A stretch of 48,067 bases of DNA, taken from contig CAJVPI010000154.1 in assembly GCA_910592345.1 (NCBI GenBank), positions 1 to 48,067 on the forward strand, read 5' to 3'. The notes below the pieces were generated by a model. It saw nothing but the letters and a program-made list of their open reading frames with translations, made no database searches and had not been told where the DNA came from. Every line of letters begins with the position of its first letter. Within the stretch, counting starts at the first letter, position 1. This document shows positions 38,422 to 48,067 of the stretch, one piece after another. The position numbers were made by a program, and so were the translations under genes. The stretch comes from Paraglomus brasilianum. Lineage: Eukaryota.

Positions 38422-40099
38422 CAGACAAAACGGCCGGGCCGTCCAAATACACCCGCGGTTCGGGGTAGGGCAACTCCGGACCCATTGTTTTGGGCGTGTG
38501 AAATTAACAGCCCTTCCAGAAACTTTGATTCTAAGTTGCTATTTATTATCTCAGTCCACGTAAAGTGCATTTATTTGGTCCCCAAACTGAAACTGAGAAG
38601 CAAAAGCAACAGTTATTAATCATTATGCCGGAATCGGTCAACAATAAAAGAGAACCGAAATAAATAAACTATTTCAACAAAGTGCTCCCGTTACTATTAC
38701 TGATTTAGATGCTGCCAAAGTGTAACTAGCATTCAACTTATTGAGTGTAGCTTTTGCCTAGAAACTACAATATGATCAATATAGGATTATGTCTATATAA
38801 ACAAATATAAATATGAAACTAATTTACTATTACATCAAATCCATCATGAACCAAAAAAATCACAGCACTATAAGAAGCATTTTAAAGAAAGCTCAAGGAG
38901 AAAAAATTGCACCATATGTTTTTAAAATCAATGATACCCAAACTCTCCAGGAATATCTAAATAAAGAAAAAATTACTTATGTAATTTATCAAGAAGAACG
39001 AAAGTTATAAATATTAAGAAAAGAAAGCAGGATATAGATAATGATGTGCCGTTACAAAACAAAAGGCAGAAATATTTGGACAAAAAATTTTAATACAAAC
39101 AAACTTACTATCTATTTCGGCTTTATTAATGAGATTTCTAAACACAATATTAGTGTTTTACTCTCACTGTGATTTAAAAAATTCTATAGTTATTTTGCTC
39201 AAAACATACTATATAATAATAATAAGTAATCATGACAATATAATAGAAGGTTTAACCATTAATTGCTAAGATGAAGAAGAGAGCATATCGAATTTTGTTG
39301 TTGAGGTTGTTCTCAAAATATAATTTAAAGAATTAGATGAAAAAATTGCAGAGTGAGAAAAAAACATCGACCTTTTAGGGTAAGATGGTAATCATGTTGA
39401 ATTGAGATTTACTGCTTGTGAAGACAGCAGAGGACAATGTCATAATGGTCAAAAGAAATTGAAAGGCCAGCACTTTACCTGGAAAGATGATAACACACCT
39501 AATTATATTTGCATGAATAGTTTGTCACACGTGTGATAATGTAGAGTGCATGAAAAAGGCATGTATAATTTCTGATTTTGGAGGGGGTGTTTTTTCTGGT
39601 CTAATATTATGGTTGCAAACCAAATGCCATGCAGCAATCTGCTCCAAAAGTCATAGGGGTAATTTGCAAGAAATAACGAGGCAAGAATGGGCAGACATAG
39701 ACATTCTGTCAGTGTTAAAAACAAAATATACAGGGGATATAAACCAATGGGGTATCAGTAGGAAAATTGGGAGGGCAGAACTCTATTATTCTATTGCAAA
39801 TTGTCCCCAACTATAAGAAAACTATGGAGTTACTGGATCCAAGGAAGCTTACAAACAGGCTACTGCTGAACAAATAAAAATAACTAAAGAAAAACTTACA
39901 CCTAATTCAGATAACATTATTATCAAAAAGAGTAAGGTTGTTGTTAAGTTGCATAATGAAGTAATAGTAAGTTTTGGTGATCAACTTGGAGAAATATTAC
40001 AAGAAACTATGCAAAAATTTGAAAGCATTGTGGGAGAAAAACTTGTAAAGACACTAAAAAGAAAAAAATAGGAAAGTGATATTCCTGCTTATGCCAATG

Positions 40100-41450
40100 A
40101 CTATAGTGAATCTGAACTCGTGATAAATGTGTTTCCTAAATTCCCAACACTGAGTTACAATCTAAGTATTGAAAACCTTTTCCGTTGTCATAATGCTGAG
40201 CTTTGTTTAATTCAGCTGTACTCGATCTTTTCACAATTTCAACAATATGATCCACACAATCTACTGTCTTTCTATAGAGTTTCTTAATCAATCCAAAACT
40301 GCCATCACACTTAAATTTATGTCCAGGTACCATAAAATTTAATTCGATGGTTTTATAATAACCACAAATTGTTAAATATAGGTAAAACCAAATGGTGGCA
40401 TCATTTTTATTCTGACCACCCGCGTGTCACAAGTAGTTTTTCGCCTTTACGCAATTTCTTTATTCCATCGAATACCATGCTCAATGTGCCATTAGGGCCT
40501 TTTCCTATAATTTTGTCCTCATCAAGAATTATTCGCACTTTATGTGGACTGAGATAACCTGTTGATCGGAATGGGTCACGTGACATTTTGTGCCCAATCG
40601 TAACTGTAATGAGCAGTAGCGTCAACGTTACAGCAATCAGCTTTACCTCCTGTTATAAAATGTTCGTCTACCAATTTCCTCTGCTGTTCTGCTAATTTCG
40701 CATTTTTGTTGTAAAGTTTCTCTTTAATTTAGCCTTAACTAAATGTTCTTTGTATTTTTTCAGTAATTCTTTTGCTTCTCCTTCCTTGCGCGCATTATAC
40801 TGTAAGCCGTTCCGAAAATGTTGGCACGTGTCACATAAATCCGTTCTTGGACTCGCGATTTGAATATACGATGTTAGTTGGTGCCATAACTTGCGAAACA
40901 CATCGTATTTTAATAAATTTAACGTGTTATTGTCTTCAAGACCCGCAATAAAATTGTTTCGGCTGGTAAAAGTGTAAGCGATTGAGTAATGCGATTGACA
41001 TTTCTACCGGGACTTGGTAATCCATTGATTTCGGGATAGCATTCTTCATGGCGGTAGCAACGGTTATATCAATGGGTATTTTGGTTTTCCATCGCGGCAC
41101 TCGTTTGATGTCACTGTAAATGCGCGGGATTATACCATTCATTGCTAGATGATTTCAAATGAATGCGACGAATTCCGGGTACGTTTTCTGATAAAGTGAC
41201 GTATTGTAATCCTAATAGTAAAAAGTTCTTTTATAGTATGCGTTTTCTTTTTTAAACGTCGACAGTTATTTCTACATCATTCATTGCTTTCAACTGGCCA
41301 TTAAAATATATATCTTGTTCGGATCTAGAGAGATTTGAAACGCTTCACGTAACTCAGCAGAACCATTTTCGAGCAACTACACTTGCAACCTATCTCTAAG
41401 AAATGCATACGTTGTAATTATTACTATTCATATACGGGTAATCATATATA
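40100..41450 (-). pseudogene. Decayed Sola-like DNA transposase
   Basis: Broken minus-strand frames: FRKLW...SPRTDLCDTC, LDEDKIIGKGPNGTLSMV, GGQNKN, IELNFMVPGH.KFKCDGSFGLIKKLYRK. The GH...D..FG.I motif is typical of Sola-type DDD transposases. Confidence 0.7.
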
Positions 41451-42170
41451 TATAATTTTAACAGTGAATCAATTGACACATAAATATTTTCTATGACATG
41501 TAACTTTTGTGAAGAACATCACTACCGTGGATTACTTTTCATCGCAATAATTAGTTAGACCTGTTTGACAGGTAAAGCTTATTGCGCATTTTTTTGGAAT
41601 GACAAGCGATAAAATTAGAAACAATAAATCAGGTTTATGGGCGACATTTGCCAGAACATATTGCTGAACATGTAGAATTTATACGTGATTAATGCAAGCT
41701 TGTATTCTAATGCGGTAGGCATGCAGATTTTTAAGACAAAAATTGGGCAATGCAGAATTATTTCTAAAAGAAATGAAAACAGAGATTCTACTGAGCGTGG
41801 ATGGATCATCACTGATAACATCCCGAATTTAAAAAGAAGCTGGTGGATAAGTAGCTGTAGTTTGCATTCGAGAGTGAGATAAACGGAATGTGTGAGGTCA
41901 GAATAAATTTGAATTGCTTCTCACCAGGCCTGTTGTTCAATTCGAGGTTGTATACGACGTTCAGACTCAAAGCCATAACTAGGGCTCCTAGCAATGTTTC
42001 TGGAAGGTGTTTTCTTGGACGAGAACTGCAGTTTCTACGAATAAACCCTGTCAATATTCGTCCCCGTGATGTCAAGATTGTAGACAAAATCAATAAAGTC
42101 TCGAAACACTAGTGGAAGTCCATCAAACAGATAAGTGAGCTTGCTTCCTTTCTGATGAGGCCACATAAAT

Positions 42171-42294
42171 GCAATTGTATAACTATCGCGAGGAACTTTT
42201 ATTCACAACGAGGTGCTTGCTAAAGCCCAGTTTAAGCAATTGTATAACTATCGCGAGGAACTTTTATTCACAACGAGGTAAGCAATTGTATAAC
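42171..42294. repeat. Local duplication (44-bp unit x2 plus partial)
   Basis: GCAATTGTATAACTATCGCGAGGAACTTTTATTCACAACGAGGT twice, then GCAATTGTATAAC. Confidence 0.8.
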
Positions 42295-42652
42295 AAAGGG
42301 CTTCCAAGTCGAGATGTGGAAGGTTGAAATTTAATCCGGTGATGGAATGCCAAGCTTCTATAGAAACAAACCCTTATAAAGTTACCCTTTTCTAATCAAT
42401 TGACCAATAGCGCGCATTAATCAATCTCTATTAATATCTCAGACCCCCCGAAAATTCTGGCTATATGTGCGTCATTTCCATAATAGGCTTTGTAATAGCA
42501 CACAAGAGCCTACAAGTTGTATAAAGATGAAACCATGTTTATTTTTATATCGAGTTCATTTCCTTCAATATTAACACGGCGGGTCCACCCCATATATATA
42601 CACATTCTTTTCTAGAACACTGATAATTTATCATCGATTCATCATATCGATC

Positions 42653-43716
42653 ATGCAGAATAAACTTTTATTCCTGCTCGGTGTTCTTTTACTAATTGGG
42701 GTGAGTAGACGATCCGAGAAAGAAGGGAATAGGAAGAGAGGTTGAGCAAGCAGCAAGAATTTAAAAGAAGACAAGTGTAAGGCAATATAGTCCACCAAAG
42801 ACACTTATTCCGTTTAACAAGCCTAACAAACGACAATACGATCGAACAATCAAGTTTTAGTCAGTCAAGAGCAGACGTTTCCAGATAGTTTTCCAGCGCC
42901 AAGAACTAATGGGATATTGTGTTTCGTAGGTGGGATGTGTTTCAGCAGAAACAGAAAAGGGTACATTTATACTTGAATCAACTTTAACTTGGTATCTCTG
43001 CTCTGCTCAAAACACAACATACATCTGTAAGTATTAAAAAGCCCGTTGTTTGTTATTGTCAAGCCCCATTTCTTGAGGGAATTTACGTCCTCATTAAAAG
43101 TTAGATATTTTATAACAAAAATTGTGATAATGCTCGACAGACAGAAACTATCTCAAAAGTGATTGAATAGCTTCCGTTATTACTATAACGGTCTTTATTT
43201 CACCTTGGGTTTATTATTCCACTAACTCTTCTGATTCTTTATATACTATCAGATTACAATGCCGCCACCACCGCCACTGGTACTCCAATCAACAACTTCG
43301 GTACAATAAATTCCGGAGCAAATTATACCGTCTCCTCTATTACAGAAGGCTTCGTCACCCTTCTCACCACACGCAGTGGAGTCCGCGACTTCCTCAATCC
43401 TGCCGTCCCGAACATCGTCTATAACGCATCTTTATCCTGTAGTGACGCAACAGTAAAAACATGCGAGAAAGCAAGCACAGTGACAAAGGAATCGTGGTGT
43501 TTGATTGTGTATAACCCAACAACAGAGAGACTGCTGATTAATGCAGTGCTTTCTACTGATATGACTAATAATGTAACATCGACAACTCCTAGCACGACTC
43601 CTACGCCTTCACCAGTTCAAAAAAGTGCTGGTCAGAGAAGTTCTGGTGTTGAGACAACTGTAGTAAGCGCTATTGTTGGGTTGATGGTTGCCGGTATTTT
43701 GGTAGCTTGGGTTTAG
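42653..43716 (+). CDS. Small secreted, probably GPI-anchored cell-surface glycoprotein (exons 42653-42700, 42930-43026, 43253-43716; about 200 aa)
   Basis: Signal peptide MQNKLLFLLGVLLLIGVGCVSA, four Cys in the mature domain, several N-x-S/T sites, S/T/P stalk, SAG omega-like site and hydrophobic C-terminus VVSAIVGLMVAGILVAWV. Confidence 0.8.
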
Positions 43717-44648
43717 ACAATGAAAGCTTGGGTCTTATTGTCGTTATTTGATATATATACGCTTGGGTTATTGTCGTTATATTTATTAATATGTATAAAT
43801 ATAATCGTTCCTTTAGTTAGACTATTGATTTGAAATATTTTGTCATCGTTCTATTCAGATTTGAATTGGAACATCTCCAAGTATTAGATGAGAATATAGA
43901 AATATAATTGACATGATGGATATTATCATGAATTAATTTATTGGCGAATGTAAACCAATATAATAGCAATCTACTACATAAAAGAGAGATTTGGTCCTTT
44001 GGCCGAGATGTCCCATCCTAAGAAACTATCCCCTCCTCCACGGCCATTCTGCTCAATCATCCGTTCATCTTACTTCCAAAGGCTCCGTGGGCGGTGCATT
44101 CAAGTAGGTCCGTTTCCAACGAGGTACCCACACGAAGAGGGTTATGAATTAAACGTTCGACGGTTCACTACGATATCAAGCCCATCACGGCCGAGACATC
44201 ATCAGTATGTCACTTTAACCAACGTATTCAATATTCCGAGATAGTTCTCTATCGAATTTTCCAATGAGAACACGAAAATGGATAATTTCAAGCTGCAAGC
44301 ATCTGTTAGATCAATATTGTGGATTGCTCCGTAGTTAATGTCAATTGGCGACCTCATTATTCCCGTTGATAGGCAATTCTGTGGAACATGTCCAATTATC
44401 CTGAGCGGTAATGTCATCCTTTTGAAAATTTTAGTTATACTTCCCGTTTTGGGTTTCCGCATGCCGTACATCTACGCATTTTCACATAATTCCGGTAAGG
44501 CTCGAAACTCATACCAGCAAGCAATCATGTCATTACGCTATCGTAATCTAAAGAAGTATCACTTTATTGACTACTTCTACTTGTGTCAGATAATGTGGGT
44601 CGTGTCACAAACTGTACACGTTATAATCGCTGTTTTCGCAAAAAAAGT

Positions 44649-44689
44649 AAATCGCTCTCCCAAACCCCATTTAATTCCCGACCGTAACA
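44649..44689 (-). repeat. LTR-start-like sequence, inverted copy of 47938-47980
   Basis: Minus strand reads TGTTACGGTCGGGAATTAAATGGGGTTTGGGAGAGCGATTT. Confidence 0.7.
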
Positions 44690-46529
44690 ATGGATTGCTA
44701 TCCTTTTTTATTGGGCTGACCCATTTATTGAATGTGATGAGTATGAGGCCAGTAACAAGCAAGAGTAAAGTCGTATTTATGTCAAAACCAAACTAATCTA
44801 GCCTTGGCTGATTATGAGGATGGCTTTATTCAAGTGATCAGCCACCTGATAGAGAAAGCTCAAAAACCTCAGAGTAGTAAAAGCACAGTAAATCCATGTG
44901 TGCTCAATAAAGGACCCAAAACACCTCAAAGGTAAACTTATAAATATGATATTTTAACAAGTCACTTTGGTTATGCTTATATCATTCTATTATTCTTGGT
45001 AAGCCCAATGTTTTACCCACCTCTTCATATTTCTGTGATAATGACCAAACTGCTTGCTTAAGTATTGCATGGAGTTAGAAAAACAATGGGTACAATTAGC
45101 AGAACATCAATATATGTTAGCTGGGATAACCAAACTATCAGAAACTGTCGAGAATGGTGTCGAGTTACAGTCGAGATTATGACGGTTATGACGGATACAA
45201 TTACCCAGTCCAGCGGAGAGGTCATGGAAGTTCGTTCGTTACCTTGGTCCATACAAACCCCGCATATAGAAACGCAATTAACACCGACTCATACTTACTC
45301 GAGGCGTCACAGACTACCCCTATTCCGAACTACATTTCTGCGCTGCCGCTGATGTCGGTTTAATCGTCCAGCGTCCATATAAGAGCTGGCGGGCTGTTAG
45401 CGGCTCCAATGATACATCCTCAGCTCCTTCGTTCATGATATAGGCAGTTACTGCAACTTTATACCAAAATTTGTTTTGCTCACTTAGAATCACTATGACT
45501 TCTATATCTAACATTTCTCCTATTACTATGGAGTATGCGTCAGCTGGAACCTTCCTCCATCCCATTGTTCTCTATATATTCTACATCTTTCTAACAACTC
45601 ACTATCACTCCCACTTAAACTAACTCCTTCGAACTCTCTCTCCCCTTTCTCTGCATTACTACAGATCTCAACACCACTCGTCTCCTACTCCGCTTGCTTC
45701 AACTATCGTACCCTCCCTCGTCTGGAATGCTTTCGACTGGTGAAAACAGTCACTCCTCTTCCTCTTCTCTTGAGTGTCCGAATCGGGGAATATGTCTCTT
45801 GCCCAGCGCAGCAGGTCTGCCGGGTCTTCCGCTGTGGGCAAAGTAGGTAAAAACACTGTTTTCTAAGTCGGTTACTAAGGCTTTAAGTATCGATTTTCCA
45901 TCATCAGCTCTATCTTTTAAGACTTTTACTGGTCGCACATTACACATGCTGTGCATTACCATTCCGTCAAGCGAAATGTTCTTCCACAATTCACGCAATA
46001 GCTGCACTAATGATCTTTAGTATCTGACAATACTCACACTGAGAACACAAAAAATGTTCTTGGTCTCACCGACTCATGCCACGAGTTTCAAATCGCTATT
46101 ATTCATAATTAAATGTCGCTCTTAAAACTTTATAGTAAAAGTATTATTTTAAAATAATAAGGAGATAATTATAAGTCCATTCAACAAATGGCTGCTGGAA
46201 TTGTTCTTTTTATATTTCTTCAAGTTTTCGTTTCTTTCTTGGTTCATCATAAGTTGGTGTTAATGTTCGTTTATTATTTGGTAAATTTCATAAGTAATTT
46301 TTTTTTTTATCTATAGATATTCCTGGAGTGTTGGGTATCATAATCATTGATTTTAAAAACATAAGGTGCAATTGAGCTTTCTTTCGAATGCTTCTAATAG
46401 TGCTGTAATTTAAATTAGTTTCATATATTTTATTTTTATATAGAGATAGTAATAGGTGTCAAGCCTAGGTCTAAAAAGGCTCGGTATTCCTCAGTGATTT
46501 CCGCTCAATGGTCAAATGTTGTACCTCAG

Positions 46530-46649
46530 TTCGGGACCTGTCTCAGTTCTGAACTAAGATGACTGAGTTCTGACCGAGACAACTAAAATGTCTGAGTTCT
46601 GGACCGAGACAACTAAAATGTCTGAAGTTCTAGACTGAGATGTCCCGAA
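46530..46649. repeat. Foldback with internal ~30-bp tandem repeats
   Basis: TTCGGGAC..TCTCAGT / ACTGAGATGTCCCGAA enclosing repeated CTGAGTTCT(G)GACCGAGACAACTAAAATG. Confidence 0.65.
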
Positions 46650-46761
46650 AACAAACATCTCCGATCTGTGGCACAGCGAATATTTGGTACACAACACCAG
46701 ATATTTGGGACAGATTTGGTGTCAGAAATATAGACCCGATATATCGAAATATGGTGTCAAA

Positions 46762-47346
46762 TGTAACATAGCGGTGACGCAGCTGATCGCGCCCCATATT
46801 AATATATCGAAATATGGCGTCAAAATAGTGAAACAGTAGTTAGACATATAAGCAGTTGTAGTTTTCCGCTCTGAACGGTGTCTTCAGTGTCTTCAGCATA
46901 TTTGATTCTATTTGTCCTTATAATCCTTGTAATTAGAATAGCTCTTTGAATTCTAATAAATCTGTAATTAATATAGTTGATATTTTCGTTCATTCCCTGG
47001 TGAATCGCTGACTAAGGGGAACGCTTTCTCGATCGGCGGTTAATAAGTTTGATCTTGCCATTGAACTTATCGGAACTTAGGCATCAGGATTATTATTCAA
47101 TTGTGTTTAACGCGTTATTATTATTGAAGACTTCCCAACCGATAGATTTTCGTTAATAATCATAATCGAGTGTGTGACTCAGAGGTTGAATAATATCCAG
47201 AGCAAGCGTATACAGATAGTCGGATTAAGTCCGTGCGTATTGATAATAATAAATCCTATCAGTCACTAATTGGATAGAGGTTTAGCGATAGTAGGAACGA
47301 GCCTAAGAGTTCCGCCGAAAGACGATTAAATCCCAAGGTCGTTACA
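46762..47346 (+). mobile_element. Putative LTR (solo or 5' LTR remnant)
   Basis: Bounded by TGTAAC...GTTACA, with TATA-like and AATAAA motifs in order and TGGCGATCC (PBS-like) shortly downstream. The 3' part resembles window positions 18-104. Confidence 0.5.
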
Positions 47347-47937
47347 CGAACGTGTGGCGATCCGACACAAGTGAAGTGAGCTTTGATGACAATTATAATT
47401 TTGAAAAAGATCATGATGTTGATTATTATTATATCATATTTGGGGCATACTGCAACAAAACCAGAACAACGTGAACATTTTGTTATGTGACATAATAATA
47501 GATCGAAATTATTTAATTCTCTTATGAAACTTAACTAAAATTGATATTTTTATGGTATAGATAGACAAAATTTTGTAGATATGGGATGGATAATTTTTTA
47601 CTTCAGAAATCTGGTGTTAGTAGTGATAGCAACTAGAAATTTAATGCATCATAATCAGAAAATAAAATAATTGAAAGCACTATATTTTCATGTTACAAAC
47701 ATTTATTTATTTAATTCAAAGCCAGAAAGACTACATTTCTTGTAAGTATTTTATAAAATATGCAGTATATTATTGATTAACTCAATGCAAAAGGAATCTC
47801 AGTATGGTCCATACTCTTACGAAAGATTTGTGCACTACAAGTTGTTTTAGAATATAATATATGGACTGTTTCAAAATAGATATCATCCCTTGGCTTAATT
47901 ACATCTGGAAAAAAAAGTTGACAATCATTGGTCTTAC

Positions 47938-48067
47938 TGTTACGGTCGGGAATTAAATGGGGGTTTTGGGAGAGCAATTTATCTTTTCGTGTAGGTGCGT
48001 TCGCCGACCGGGGGATGTTACCAGGCTTAGCTCGTACTATCGCCCTTACTACGATAGTTGTGCAATT
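47938..48067 (+). mobile_element. Start of a probable LTR-type repeat running off the window
   Basis: TGTTACGGTCGGGAATTAAATGG...GGGAGAGCAATTT shared with 44649-44689. Confidence 0.5.

Noticed and set aside
42098..42165. Possible hammerhead ribozyme (CGAAAC ... CTGATGAGGCC)
   Set aside because: Core words are present but stems I, II and III cannot be paired convincingly.
42171..42294. Repeat-spacer-repeat pattern resembling a mini-CRISPR
   Set aside because: Only two full copies and one partial with unequal gaps; a simple local duplication.
1..48067. Bacterial or endosymbiont contig, suggested by Uma2, MscL and TilS
   Set aside because: All of these genes contain spliceosomal introns and lie among clearly eukaryotic genes and fungal transposons.

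Overview
Eukaryotic, AT-rich, intron-rich genomic DNA that looks like an early-diverging fungus (Mucoromycota; Glomeromycotina- or Endogonales-like, inferred from GT-AG introns, the kinase/Sel1/BTB family types and the transposon relics). The ORF track fragments most genes, so spliced models were rebuilt by hand. Intact genes, in order: Uma2-type PD-(D/E)XK endonuclease with a spliced-on C2H2 finger; BTB/POZ protein; MLKL-like four-helix-bundle + pseudokinase + Sel1 protein; a six-exon MscL mechanosensitive channel with a C-terminal CxxC...CxxC ribbon (essentially missed by the ORF track); a second TKL-type pseudokinase; tRNA-Asn(GTT); TilS-like lysidine synthetase; WW-WW-MyTH4-RhoGAP (ARHGAP39/Vilse type); Rtc3-like SBDS-domain protein; DUF2306-type membrane protein; a small secreted, probably GPI-anchored protein. 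Intergenic DNA holds a DYRK kinase gene fragment, Plavaka/CACTA-like, Tc1/pogo and Sola-like transposase relics, several TA-flanked MITEs, LTR-like repeats and a minisatellite. The most interesting part is the 7.8-17.3 kb block: BTB <- -> MLKL-like pseudokinase -> <- MscL <- -> pseudokinase. All family assignments come from recalled motifs, not database searches.
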